DNA of 63,847 bases, filler included, from Lama guanicoe (GCA_013239625.1; 165 parts of 165 records of this genome joined end to end with filler, not necessarily neighbours in it); one strand, 5' to 3'; positions 34,737-46,863 are shown, counted from the whole stretch's first letter. Program-made: numbers and translations. The notes: generated from the letters alone by a model not told the origin.

Positions 34737-35612
34737 NNNNNNNNNNNNNNNNNNNNNNNNNNNNNNNNNNNNNNNNNNNNTTAATTAATTAANNNNNNNN
34801 NNNNNNNNNNNNNNNNNNNNNNNNNNNNNNNNNNNNATTTCTGATACACCCGGTGATGAAGACAAGCTACTTAAAAGGCAGAGTTCATATAGCAATACCT
34901 AACATTTACTGAGGGTTATCTACTCGCTAAGTACCAGCACCTCAATTAAAAGTAGACCATTCCACCCCACTCTACTCCAATTATTTTAAAAATTAAAATG
35001 TTAATAAAATCAGATCTTAGACCTGAAGTTCATCTCTAAAGTGCGAGTAACCTAGTGAAGCATCTTGAATAAAGGAAAAAATCCTACAAAATCAGAACTT
35101 CACTTTGTAAAAGTCCTTACTGACNNNNNNNNNNNNNNNNNNNNNNNNNNNNNNNNNNNNNNNNNNNNTTAATTAATTAANNNNNNNNNNNNNNNNNNNN
35201 NNNNNNNNNNNNNNNNNNNNNNNNTTTATTCTTTTTAATGCTAATTGAATAACTTCTGAATCAAAGATTTTATGCTTATCAAAATAAATTGAAAGTAGGT
35301 GGTTCTGCTTCAAATTTAGTGTTTTCAATTTGATATATTTATATGTGAAATCAAAATGTATGTATACTTATAAACTACGTTCTATTTGTCAAATAATCTG
35401 TTAAATTACCTAAATAATGGGGAAACCATTTTTTCTCTATAAAATTTGCTAAAGTGAGAGAGAAAACATACATTTTAATTTAAACGTTTCTTAAAAGTGC
35501 AAGAATGTACTCNNNNNNNNNNNNNNNNNNNNNNNNNNNNNNNNNNNNNNNNNNNNTTAATTAATTAANNNNNNNNNNNNNNNNNNNNNNNNNNNNNNNN
35601 NNNNNNNNNNNN

Positions 35613-35900
35613 GAAGGTTTGCCCAAACCGCTTCCCAGCTATCTGGGGCGGACGCCCCTCCAGCCACACCGTCCCTGTTCCTCCTCGCTGGGGACCTGGG
35701 CTCCGGACTGGGCTGACTCGGCGGGCCCGGGGTTCTGCACCGTGAAGCTGTTACTTGCCCTTCGTAACTCGGCATCGGTTTGTGGGCAGAACTGGGAGCG
35801 CGTGCGCGTAGCATGTTCCTCGTGACACTTCCGCTGAGCAATTCCAGCAGCTGCTGAGCCTGCGCGGTGGCCGCCGCCGCCTCCCCGCTGCCAGGAGCGC
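35613..35900 (+). promoter_or_regulatory. CpG-island housekeeping-type promoter and 5' UTR start
   Basis: GC box GGGGCGG near 35646, NRF1 site GCGCGTGCGC at 35798-35807, ETS/GABP site CACTTCCG at 35826-35833, then a GCCGCCGCC-rich leader. Confidence 0.7.
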
Positions 35901-36954
35901 NNNNNNNNNNNNNNNNNNNNNNNNNNNNNNNNNNNNNNNNNNNNTTAATTAATTAANNNNNNNNNNNNNNNNNNNNNNNNNNNNNNNNNNNNNNNNNNNN
36001 GCTGAAGTCTGGGAATGAATCCTTAAAGCGTCCTTTCCCCTTAAAGGCAAAACAAGGCTGTTCTGCTTTCTTTGAATCCCTGTTCTGTAATTTATTTTCT
36101 TAGATTGCAGCGAAACAACCAGATTCATATCCTGGAGGGCACCTATGTTTCTCACCAGGCTGACCAATCGAAGAGGAGCTACTTTGAAAGTAACTGGGCG
36201 CTGTCTGTTAGCAATCTCTTCCTGCGATCCGGCCGGTTCCCCTCTCCCCTCTCCCTTTCCCAGCGCTGCTTTTCTTTTTTTTTTTTTTNNNNNNNNNNNN
36301 NNNNNNNNNNNNNNNNNNNNNNNNNNNNNNNNTTAATTAATTAANNNNNNNNNNNNNNNNNNNNNNNNNNNNNNNNNNNNNNNNNNNNGGCCAAGATGAA
36401 GTCACTCCATTGCTGACAATCCTTCTTGTGACTAAAAATCCTGGCACTAAGACCACAAACAAACTGGAAAGCTATGAAAAATGGAGGGAAGGCTGACTTG
36501 GCCAGGAAGCTGACAACGTGATGAGTGGTGAAGCTCCTGGGTTTTCTTTCCCCCTTCATCCCTGATGAGGTGCTGGAGAACCCTAGACCTGGAACCATCA
36601 GAATATAAGGGTTGTAAATAAAGCATCTCTCCACCTCTAGCCCAGGGACAGGGAAAGGACATCTGGCAGAAAAAAANNNNNNNNNNNNNNNNNNNNNNNN
36701 NNNNNNNNNNNNNNNNNNNNTTAATTAATTAANNNNNNNNNNNNNNNNNNNNNNNNNNNNNNNNNNNNNNNNNNNNTTTCTTCTGCCAAAATGGAAACAG
36801 AACTTCCCGAACCAAACGCACGAGCCGTCTTCAGCCTTCCCAGCTCAAGGCCGTCTCTGCCGTGCCGACTGCCCTGCTGGTGAAACGGCTGTGTCTGCAG
36901 CTCCCTTTAAACGATCCCAACCAGAAAAAGGCTTAATTTGAAAAGAGGGGGATG

Positions 36955-37064
36955 ATTTGCAGCAGCATGGATGCACCTAGAGGTTATCACATTGAGTGAA
37001 GTAAGTCATACAGAGAAAGACAAGTATCACGTGATGTCGCTTATATGTGGAATCTTAAAAAAAA
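36955..37064 (+). mobile_element. LINE-1 3' fragment
   Basis: ATTTGCAGCAGCATGGATGCACCTAGAG...GTGAAGTAAGTCATACAGAGAAAGACAAGTATCAC...TATATGTGGAATCTTAAAA. Confidence 0.88.
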
Positions 37065-37164
37065 NNNNNNNNNNNNNNNNNNNNNNNNNNNNNNNNNNNN
37101 NNNNNNNNTTAATTAATTAANNNNNNNNNNNNNNNNNNNNNNNNNNNNNNNNNNNNNNNNNNNN

Positions 37165-37452
37165 GGGGGGCAAACAAGACAATGATTTCGGGGCTGTGCA
37201 CACACGCGGCTGCGAATCCCTTTCCAGACCACGGCCGCCGCCGCGAGCATCTGAACGACTTCGCGGCTTCACAGTCGGACGTCAAGGGTTAGGCCGCGAG
37301 GCCAGCACCCGGGGGTGGGGAGCCTTAGTTCCCGTTCTGGGGGGGGTCCCTAGGTGAGGGGTTCCGGTTTCCACCCCACCCCCCGCGCCCAGGGAGGGCC
37401 GCCCGGGAAGCGCCGCGAGCAGCGCCCCAGCCCGAGCGGCCCGGCTCCCCCC
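37165..37452. promoter_or_regulatory. CpG-island fragment
   Basis: High GC and CpG density, with a CRE-like GACGTCA near 37278. Confidence 0.55.
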
Positions 37453-37552
37453 NNNNNNNNNNNNNNNNNNNNNNNNNNNNNNNNNNNNNNNNNNNNTTAA
37501 TTAATTAANNNNNNNNNNNNNNNNNNNNNNNNNNNNNNNNNNNNNNNNNNNN

Positions 37553-37840
37553 AGAAAATATAAGACTCAATCAGAGCTAAAGAATACAATGACTGAAACG
37601 AAAATAACACTAGAGGGAGCCAACAGCAGATTACATGATACAGAGTAACAGATAAGAGATCTGGAGGGCAGAGAAATGGAAATAACTTGATCAGAAAAAT
37701 GACAAGAAAAAAGAATTTTAAAAAATGAGGTACCCCTGAGACAACATCAACTGTACCAACATTTATTTCAGGGGTCGCAAAAAGAGAAGAGAGAGAAAAA
37801 GGGACAGAAAACTTATTTGAACAATATCCAGGTCCAAGAA
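37553..37840 (+). mobile_element. LINE-1 ORF1 coiled-coil region remnant
   Basis: Decayed ELKNTMTE.K.TLEG.NSRL.DTE..I.DLE.R.MEIT...KNE...DNI..TNI...GV. Confidence 0.88.
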
Positions 37841-39899
37841 NNNNNNNNNNNNNNNNNNNNNNNNNNNNNNNNNNNNNNNNNNNNTTAATTAATTAANNNN
37901 NNNNNNNNNNNNNNNNNNNNNNNNNNNNNNNNNNNNNNNNAAATGACAACGATTATTTGGATAAACGGTTAATTGATCCAAAAGAAATGTATTTCTTGTG
38001 ATCACAACAAGCAGCAGAAGACATGTAGTGGACCTGGAAGTGAGCAGACGTGCTGGAATGCTAGCTGAACACTGGCTCGTTTTCCTTCTCTTTTTCACAT
38101 AATAAAAGTTACTAACAGTTTGTTAAGACTAAAAGAATCATTAAACTTAATGTAAGAAGAACGTACAGTGTATACTATCCATCTTGACTGTGAAGTTACA
38201 GTTCACTATTTAGTTCAAGACAGATTGTNNNNNNNNNNNNNNNNNNNNNNNNNNNNNNNNNNNNNNNNNNNNTTAATTAATTAANNNNNNNNNNNNNNNN
38301 NNNNNNNNNNNNNNNNNNNNNNNNNNNNATGTTCAAACAACAGAAAATGTTGAAGGGATTTTGACTTCTGGGGACTAAACTCAAAGGCAAGATATGGTGG
38401 TCTACTGACTTCTTAATACACTTAGAAAGTGTAGAAAATATTTTGAAACATCTTTGTGAATTATAGAGATAAGACTGCAAATAAAAATCATCTAAATTCT
38501 GTATTAAGAATAAAATTTGTGTTGTTTGAAATGTATAAAATATTCTGCTTTAGGTTAAAATGCAGAGGATCCTCTCCTGTAAAGAACCAAACTTAGGACA
38601 ACAAATTTTTAGCTTGNNNNNNNNNNNNNNNNNNNNNNNNNNNNNNNNNNNNNNNNNNNNTTAATTAATTAANNNNNNNNNNNNNNNNNNNNNNNNNNNN
38701 NNNNNNNNNNNNNNNNGGGAGCAAAGGGTAGCGGAGCCAGTGCTAAGGAGGGGTAGGCAGTGTCTCTTGACAGTCTTTCAGGAGGTAAAAATCAGCTGGC
38801 AGGTAGCAGGAAGTCCAGAATGCCGCAATCAGGAGAGAAATTACTCACACAGACAGTGACCCAGAATGAACATTAGGCTGAGGAGGCAGTGGAAAGGTTT
38901 AGCCACAGTTCACAGTGAGTACCTGTTGTAGAGACGTGAGCAACTAGACCTCAGACCGCTCCTCCCAGCCTGTCTGCAGCCTGTAGACTCACTCATTAAA
39001 GTCANNNNNNNNNNNNNNNNNNNNNNNNNNNNNNNNNNNNNNNNNNNNTTAATTAATTAANNNNNNNNNNNNNNNNNNNNNNNNNNNNNNNNNNNNNNNN
39101 NNNNCATCATCATCATTTGTTTCTAGAAATTCAATATAACAAATCCTAAAGGAGAGAAATATATCGTGATTAGGATACATACAGCTAAGGAAATAGTTTT
39201 CAGCATTTTTATGAACAGAAAGATGTACTAGGAGAGAATAAAGGTGTGGGATAAAGGATGAGAGGACATGCAAAGACCTTGCTAATATTGTATTTGTCAT
39301 TTTATCGAATGGATTTGGATCCAGTTCTTATAAACAAAAGAACTGTCTCTTTCTGTAATAATTTGACTACTATTGATGTAAATTAAAAAAAANNNNNNNN
39401 NNNNNNNNNNNNNNNNNNNNNNNNNNNNNNNNNNNNTTAATTAATTAANNNNNNNNNNNNNNNNNNNNNNNNNNNNNNNNNNNNNNNNNNNNGAGCTGAA
39501 GCTGCTTCCAGGCCAGGGCTGGATTTTTGGTCTGTGTGTCCTTCGCTGCCTCCCACGCCATCGCCCTGCCGCGCTCCCGGCATCCCCCCAGCTTCCAGGT
39601 TCTCTGGCTCAGCTGTCTCCCTGCCCCGCCTGGCTGGAGGGCGCACAAGCTCCTGGGTCTCAGGAAAGGGCGTCTCCTGGAAGTTTGTGCTGCTTCAGAC
39701 TCTCGTGGGTATGGACACATTGCCTTCTCTGTGTGACCCCCAGAAGGTGACCCCCATTTACAGAGAGGTTTAAGGATTTTNNNNNNNNNNNNNNNNNNNN
39801 NNNNNNNNNNNNNNNNNNNNNNNNTTAATTAATTAANNNNNNNNNNNNNNNNNNNNNNNNNNNNNNNNNNNNNNNNNNNNAAAAAATATACTTCAAACA

Positions 39900-40085
39900 T
39901 TAATCACTGAATCCTTATAATATCCCCATAAGGTTGGTACTATTAGTGATTTCATTTTAAAGTGGGACTACTGAGACATAAAGAAATTTAAAGCAACTTG
40001 CTAAAGGTCTTGCAGCTTGTAAGTAGTGGAGCCAGGTCTGAATCTAAGCAGTCTAGTACCAGAATCTGCGATCTCATCCTCTACT
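39900..40085 (-). mobile_element. MIR SINE
   Basis: AATCCTTATAATATCCCCATAAGGTTGGTACTATT...CATTTT...ACTGAGAC...AACTTGCTAAAGGTC..CAGCTTGTAAGTAGTGGAGCCAGG. Confidence 0.8.
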
Positions 40086-40471
40086 GTCCAATGCTCTGAA
40101 CTCTCATTAATGTCTGATTTCTGCTAATTTAATGCCACCTTAGGTACCTGGAAATTCTTCCATTTCCANNNNNNNNNNNNNNNNNNNNNNNNNNNNNNNN
40201 NNNNNNNNNNNNTTAATTAATTAANNNNNNNNNNNNNNNNNNNNNNNNNNNNNNNNNNNNNNNNNNNNCTCTCTGTCAGCTTACTAGGCTGGGTTAAAGA
40301 GCCCCACTTTTTAGTAGCTCTTTGATTACATTAGGATGTAGGTGTACAACAGTGGACAGTATTTTATCTTAAAAAAGAAGAAAGCCTTGGGGAGATTCTT
40401 GATAATGGAGAGAGATTGTTAGAATTGAATCCCCGCAAGGGCCTTGCTTGTGAATGGAGTCAGCAGAGGCA

Positions 40472-40485
40472 CCCCCAGATGGCGC
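40472..40485 (+). promoter_or_regulatory. CTCF consensus motif
   Basis: CCCCCAGATGGCGC(TA) matches CCASYAGRKGGCRS at 13 of 14 positions. Confidence 0.5.
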
Positions 40486-41510
40486 TATTTCAGAATCACT
40501 GAGGGAACTCTCCCCACCACACACACACCTGCTTTACTGAATCAGAATTTCATGGGNNNNNNNNNNNNNNNNNNNNNNNNNNNNNNNNNNNNNNNNNNNN
40601 TTAATTAATTAANNNNNNNNNNNNNNNNNNNNNNNNNNNNNNNNNNNNNNNNNNNNGAGGCGAGTGGGCAGCAGCCAGCCTGGACGCTGTTCCTTGTCCT
40701 CGTCCCAATGAGGTTTCCCTAACAGACCCAGCCAGCAAGCCTCTCCAGCGACCCCGGGCATCGGGCTGCGCTGGCAGATGGGCCGTCCCGGAGCAGGGCA
40801 GGGCCGCGGGGCTGAACACCGCTTGGCACACTGCAGACCCAGACGGCTGTCCATCAGCCGAACAGCTGGAGGAAGTGGGGTCTTGCCAAGGCTCCGGCTA
40901 GACAAGGGTTAATCTCTCCAGGAACTGAAAATTGCATTCCTTTANNNNNNNNNNNNNNNNNNNNNNNNNNNNNNNNNNNNNNNNNNNNTTAATTAATTAA
41001 NNNNNNNNNNNNNNNNNNNNNNNNNNNNNNNNNNNNNNNNNNNNTCCTTAAAATGATTGAGGAAAATCCATGTGTCTGACATGGAAAGTTGTTCATGGTA
41101 TTTTGTTTGTAAGGGGGAAAAAAAGCAAGCTGCAGACCAGTGTGGATGTACTGTGATCCCACTTACGAGGGAAAAAAGGACATTTCCAGTGAGACTGTGT
41201 TTACTTATACATGTATTTATGCAAGTATGTGTTTTTATTTGTAAGGGCTGCTGGATCTAACCCAAAGCGTTATCGGTGGCCACCTGTAAGGAGTGGGCTG
41301 GGACTAGGGAATTAGGGATAAGATACAAAATANNNNNNNNNNNNNNNNNNNNNNNNNNNNNNNNNNNNNNNNNNNNTTAATTAATTAANNNNNNNNNNNN
41401 NNNNNNNNNNNNNNNNNNNNNNNNNNNNNNNNTCTCCTTCTTTATTTCCTGTGAGCATGAGTTTCAAATCCATGAAATTTCTAAGCTCTAAAACATCACG
41501 AAAGATCCCA

Positions 41511-41672
41511 AGGAAAGTTTTGGAGGTGACGAATATGTGCAGTACCTTGGTTTAAGTGTTGATATCCTGGTTATATGCATATGTCCAAAGAAATCAATAT
41601 GTATATAGTAGACGTGTGTATTTTTTGTGTATCAACTGTATTTCAAGAGAGCTAAAAAATAAATAAATAAAA
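41511..41672 (+). mobile_element. Old L1 (L1MC/MD-like) 3' end with A-rich tail
   Basis: AGGAAAGTTTTGGAGGTGACGAATATGT...TACCTTG...TGTATCAACTGTATTTCAA..AGCTAAAAAATAAATAAATAAAA. Confidence 0.7.
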
Positions 41673-42208
41673 GTAAATTCCTAAGGTTACTTTTTGGAAG
41701 TTTCTAAGAATCAAAACTTCNNNNNNNNNNNNNNNNNNNNNNNNNNNNNNNNNNNNNNNNNNNNTTAATTAATTAANNNNNNNNNNNNNNNNNNNNNNNN
41801 NNNNNNNNNNNNNNNNNNNNGAGGTATCACTGGCCCTTAGCAGCGTGAGCAGCTTTCCGCATCATGTGTGCAGTGGTGCTGCTTAGGCTGCAGGGACAAT
41901 CATAGCAATGGTGGTCAGTCCAAACCATTAATATAGGACCCACTCTTCACTTAAAATCTGTACAAAGCAGAATATGTTGTGGAATTGTGAGTGATCATTA
42001 GTACAGACCCAGATTATTAATGTGGTAATAATTAGTGTGAATCTTAAGGCATAGTGACTGATCGGCTTAGTAAGTGTCCTGGTGTATTTCAGAGCATGTT
42101 GTGTGAAANNNNNNNNNNNNNNNNNNNNNNNNNNNNNNNNNNNNNNNNNNNNTTAATTAATTAANNNNNNNNNNNNNNNNNNNNNNNNNNNNNNNNNNNN
42201 NNNNNNNN

Positions 42209-42421
42209 GCCTCCTTCTCACCAGGTCCTTATGTGGCTCTTCCTCTGTGTGTGAGTGAGAGCTCCCTGATCCCTCTGCCTTTTCCTGCAGATATGTTAGT
42301 GCTGTCCTGTGACCTCACTGATCCTGGATTACCCCTCTAGGGGCTTCATCTCCAAACACAGTCACATGAGTGTTGCAGTTTCAGCATAAGAGTTTTGGGA
42401 CACACAGTTCAGTGTATAACA
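42209..42421 (-). mobile_element. MaLR LTR (MLT1A-like)
   Basis: GTGACCTCACTGATCCTGGATTACC...ATCTCCAAACACAGTCACAT...TTTCAGCATAAGAGTTTTGGGACACACAGTTCAGTGTATAACA. Confidence 0.75.
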
Positions 42422-43069
42422 AAGGGTAATGTGGATTTTTATTTATTTATTTTTTTGTCAAAAGGCCTAGATTTTTTTCCTTTCTTTGTTTTTTTTNNNN
42501 NNNNNNNNNNNNNNNNNNNNNNNNNNNNNNNNNNNNNNNNTTAATTAATTAANNNNNNNNNNNNNNNNNNNNNNNNNNNNNNNNNNNNNNNNNNNNACTT
42601 CATTTTTATTTTTTAGTAGGTGAAGACTCAAAGCACATTTAATGGGAGGAAAAAAGCTAAGTCACCATTAAATAGGTGGGAAATTATCTAGAGTGTATAA
42701 TTGTACCCTAGATGTGTTATATTGATATGTTACATGTGCTTTTGTTTTGGGTTGCTCAGTAAACTATAACCTTCCATAGGTAGAGATGACCATTTTAAGC
42801 TACAGCTTTTGTCTCTAGATGTTGGCTGAAACCAAGGTTTAGCAGATTTTCTTAGCAACCTACTTTTGCTTTCCATAATCTGTTNNNNNNNNNNNNNNNN
42901 NNNNNNNNNNNNNNNNNNNNNNNNNNNNTTAATTAATTAANNNNNNNNNNNNNNNNNNNNNNNNNNNNNNNNNNNNNNNNNNNNAAAAAAAATCATCTCT
43001 AAGTCAATTAGCAATCTGAATTTAAAGACAAAATTAAAACGGTAACTTATTTTAATTCAGTAATTACCT

Positions 43070-43272
43070 GAGAAACATTTGGAGGTAACGTATGTTTTTG
43101 AGCCCTCTACAGACTCTCATTTATTTAATCCTCACAAGCCCTTCAGGAAGTTGGTACTATTACTGTCTGTTATTTTGCAGATGGGAAACTGAAGCAGAAG
43201 GGGTGAAGTAATTTGCACAGGTCACACAGATAGTAAGCGGTAGAGCAGGATTCAAATCCTGGATATCTGGCT
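43070..43272 (-). mobile_element. MIR SINE
   Basis: TTTAATCCTCACAAGCCC...GGTACTATT...TTTTGCAGATGGGAAACTGAAGCAGAAGGGGTGAAGTAATTTGCACAGGTCACACAGATAGTAAG..GAGCAGGATTCAAA. Confidence 0.85.
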
Positions 43273-43372
43273 NNNNNNNNNNNNNNNNNNNNNNNNNNNN
43301 NNNNNNNNNNNNNNNNTTAATTAATTAANNNNNNNNNNNNNNNNNNNNNNNNNNNNNNNNNNNNNNNNNNNN

Positions 43373-43660
43373 TTGGGGTCAGTGAGTTGTGGGGAGCTCT
43401 CTTGGGGGGAAGAGGGTTTGACTTTAAGTGTGGGGTAGTTTGTGCAATAGTGGGTCTTCCAACGTCTTTCTACAGTTGGAAAATGAGACTAGCACGTAGG
43501 ATGTGACGGGTGGAGACACGGGACACTCAGCAGGAGTGGGAGAGATGTGGGTCAGGGAGGCCTCAGCCTGGAGGTGACAGCTCGGAGCGGTGGTTTGGGT
43601 GGATAATTTGCATAGTTCAGATGCGTTTTCTAATGGAAGGATATTATACTGTTAACATAA
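43373..43660 (+). repeat. Duplicated fragment, copy A (paired with 46864-47151); probably old L2-derived sequence
   Basis: Same first and last base as copy B. I count 8 substitutions and no indels in 288 nt. Confidence 0.97.
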
Positions 43661-43760
43661 NNNNNNNNNNNNNNNNNNNNNNNNNNNNNNNNNNNNNNNN
43701 NNNNTTAATTAATTAANNNNNNNNNNNNNNNNNNNNNNNNNNNNNNNNNNNNNNNNNNNN

Positions 43761-43935
43761 TCCCCACCCACACATACGTACTCCCCTACCCTCTGCATCC
43801 CTCATCAGTGTGACATATTTGGTACAGTCGATGAAGCAACATGGGCACATTATTATCACCCAAAGTCCGTAGTTTACATTAGGGCTCGCTCTTGATGTTG
43901 CACATTCTATGGGTTTTGACAAATGTGTCATGACA
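43761..43935 (-). mobile_element. L1MC-like 3' UTR
   Basis: GATGAAGCAACATGGGCACATTATTATCACCCAAAGTCCGTAGTTTACATTAGGGCTCGCTCTTGATGTTGCACATTCTATGGGTTTTGACAAATGT. Confidence 0.85.
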
Positions 43936-44538
43936 ACATCATACACTTGGATCAAGTCCACAAAGTCATATGAAATCCTCACTTTTTACTAACTGGTGGG
44001 ATTTCATATAGCCTCGTCCTTTAGTCAGGGACCAAGCTCTGCCACTCTNNNNNNNNNNNNNNNNNNNNNNNNNNNNNNNNNNNNNNNNNNNNTTAATTAA
44101 TTAANNNNNNNNNNNNNNNNNNNNNNNNNNNNNNNNNNNNNNNNNNNNTGTATGTAAGGATTGCCAAGGACACCTTTTAAAAATACAGATTTCCAGGTCT
44201 TACTTTGAGCAGTTCTTATCCAGTAGATACAGGGTGAGGCTGAGCATCTCCAAGCCTTCCCCCTTCATATTATGATGCAGGGGATCAGGGACAGTTTTCC
44301 TCTGGGTCTCCCTGCTGTTGCTATGAACAGTGGCTACGGCATCACTAATATTTTCTTTCTTATTTTAATTGCATTAATATTGATAAGCAGTTAATAGCAT
44401 TTTCTTAAAATTATGGTCAGAGGCATAGGCATTTGANNNNNNNNNNNNNNNNNNNNNNNNNNNNNNNNNNNNNNNNNNNNTTAATTAATTAANNNNNNNN
44501 NNNNNNNNNNNNNNNNNNNNNNNNNNNNNNNNNNNNCC

Positions 44539-44823
44539 ACCGAGAGGGTCTCCACACCCACCACTGAGACAAGTCCCTCCTCCACAGGGACCACCCAGAG
44601 GGTCTCCACCCTTACCACAGAGACCTCCAAAATTTACATGACCTCTGGACCCCTGACAACCAAGACCCCCTCCACAGTGACCCTGTCATCTCCCCCACCC
44701 TCGGCCACCACACAGACCCAACCCACCTCCCTCAGGACCTCACTCACGACCACCTGGCCGGCTTCAACCCATGCGCCCTCCACAGCCCAAAGTCACACCA
44801 GCTCGGGCTCCTCCATGGCCACT
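44539..44823 (+). CDS. Mucin PTS-domain fragment, probably from the MUC5B central exon
   Basis: Frame is open across the fragment (95 aa): TERVSTPTTETSPSSTGT-TQRVSTLTTETS-KIYMTSGPLTTKTPSTVTLSSPPPSATTQTQPTSLRTSLTTTWPASTHAPSTAQSHTSSGSSMAT. It is dominated by T/S/P and has an 18-aa repeat. I recall TERVSTPT units from artiodactyl MUC5B, so the gene identity is tentative. Confidence 0.8.
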
Positions 44824-44924
44824 TNNNNNNNNNNNNNNNNNNNNNNNNNNNNNNNNNNNNNNNNNNNNTTAATTAATTAANNNNNNNNNNNNNNNNNNNN
44901 NNNNNNNNNNNNNNNNNNNNNNNN

Positions 44925-45211
44925 TTTTTTTTCTAATCTACTTTTATAAATAGTGGCTAATATTTACAAAAATCAAACTCCCAAATTTATCCCTTCCCAC
45001 CTCTTTTCCCTCAGTAACCATAAGATTATTTACTATGTCCATGAGTCTGGTTCTATTTTGTAGATGAGTTTATTAGTGTCCTGTTTCTTTTCTTTTCTTT
45101 TTTTAGATTCTACATATGAGTGATATCATATGATAGTTTTCTTTTGCTTTCTGGCCTACTTTACTTAGAATGATGATCTCCAGGCCCATCCATGTTGCTG
45201 CAAATGGCATT
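44925..45211 (-). mobile_element. LINE-1 3' UTR and ORF2 end
   Basis: AGATTCTACATATGAGTGATATCATATG...ACTTTACTTAGAATGATGATCTCCAGGCCCATCCATGTTGCTGCAAATGGCATT. Confidence 0.9.
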
Positions 45212-46164
45212 NNNNNNNNNNNNNNNNNNNNNNNNNNNNNNNNNNNNNNNNNNNNTTAATTAATTAANNNNNNNNNNNNNNNNNNNNNNNNNNNNNNNNN
45301 NNNNNNNNNNNAGCTCAGTCTTTGTTGCGGTAAATTATAGGTGAATAATTTTTCTCTTGATGAGTCTTGGAAAATGACATATTTCCAAAAGGGAAACGTG
45401 AGGAGTTCTGAGTAAGTTGGAAATTAAGACAAAGGTTAGTAGGGAAGATTTGGACTTCTGCCAACAAGTCTTTACTAGGATAAGTCTACCTTTTTTGATG
45501 TCAATGACAATCACATATATGTCCCTTATCTTTCATAATGTTTATATCAAACTGAGTGAAGTTAGGTGTGATTTAGAGAGGACAGAAAATGCAATAGTTN
45601 NNNNNNNNNNNNNNNNNNNNNNNNNNNNNNNNNNNNNNNNNNNTTAATTAATTAANNNNNNNNNNNNNNNNNNNNNNNNNNNNNNNNNNNNNNNNNNNNG
45701 GCATCAGACCTCATTTGAACTTCAACCTAATCTATATCTATTAAGAGGAATGAAAATCTGTTGAATTTTCAGCAAGTTACTTTCACTTTCTTTTTCAGAT
45801 TTCTAATGATAAAATGGAGGAGGTGGAGCAGAACTGACAACCTCTAAGAGCCTTGTCCCTATTCGGAGGCTGTGTTATCTTTCTTCTTATGTCAGTTTCT
45901 TTCTGTGATAAATGCTGTGGCAAGAAGCTCAGCATCCCGCCTCTGCGCCGACACACTGCAGCCTGCTCCTGGGTAAGTCACTTAGTANNNNNNNNNNNNN
46001 NNNNNNNNNNNNNNNNNNNNNNNNNNNNNNNTTAATTAATTAANNNNNNNNNNNNNNNNNNNNNNNNNNNNNNNNNNNNNNNNNNNNATGCTGTGACATC
46101 TCTCCACTGATGTCTTACAAGTTATTCAACTTTCAGCAGCTCTAATTATGTCCTGCTGTATGTG

Positions 46165-46345
46165 GCTCTGGAGTCAGACACACTTAGATTTGAATTTTGT
46201 CTCTTTCGTTTACAAGTTGTGCAGTGTTGGTCAAGTTACTTAACTTCATAGAATTACTTATATTCATCTTTGTGGTCTATTTAAAGAATTAATTGAGATA
46301 ATATGTGTAAAACATCCATCATATAGGTGGTGCTCAATAAATGCT
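46165..46345 (+). mobile_element. MIR SINE
   Basis: GGCTCTGGAGTCAGAC..CTTAGATTTGAAT...TTGGTCAAGTTACTTAACTTC...TGAGATAATATGTGTAAA...GTGCTCAATAAATGCTAG. Confidence 0.8.
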
Positions 46346-46863
46346 AGTTTTATTTCTCTTGTATGCCCATTTTTTNNNNNNNNNNNNNNNNNNNNNNNNN
46401 NNNNNNNNNNNNNNNNNNNTTAATTAATTAANNNNNNNNNNNNNNNNNNNNNNNNNNNNNNNNNNNNNNNNNNNNTTTTTTTTCCTAAGTGGCTCACTGA
46501 GTATATGTCGTAATTTGTTCCATAATAAGTCACTTTTACAAGAACTGAACTGTGCTTAGCAGTGAAGAGAGGATAACTGAATTTCCTTGTCAGTGATATC
46601 ACTGCAAATATTTCAGTAATTTTCTTAATCTCCTGCGTATTCTAGTTGCAGAAGTAAGTCACAGGCACTGTGCTTAAGAAAATACAGATAATTATTAGAG
46701 GTAGAAAATGGTCACCTCATTCAATTGATCACTTTACAGAAACTCAGCTGATGTCCCTAGAGANNNNNNNNNNNNNNNNNNNNNNNNNNNNNNNNNNNNN
46801 NNNNNNNTTAATTAATTAANNNNNNNNNNNNNNNNNNNNNNNNNNNNNNNNNNNNNNNNNNNN

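Noticed and set aside
34402..34792. Cys/Gln-rich repetitive ORFs resembling keratin-associated or SPRR proteins
   Set aside because: The unit is 16 nt, not a multiple of 3, and several frames on both strands are open because the repeat is poor in stop codons.
41973..41991. TATGTTGTGGAATTGTGAG, resembling the lac promoter/operator in cloning vectors
   Set aside because: The match is short, gapped and internal to the fragment, and it stops before CGGATAACAA. This is a chance similarity.
2711..44823. Functional cluster of OR, IGLV, MAGE-like, AFDN and mucin sequences
   Set aside because: The fragments are co-located only because they have similar lengths. These genes lie at unrelated loci in mammals.
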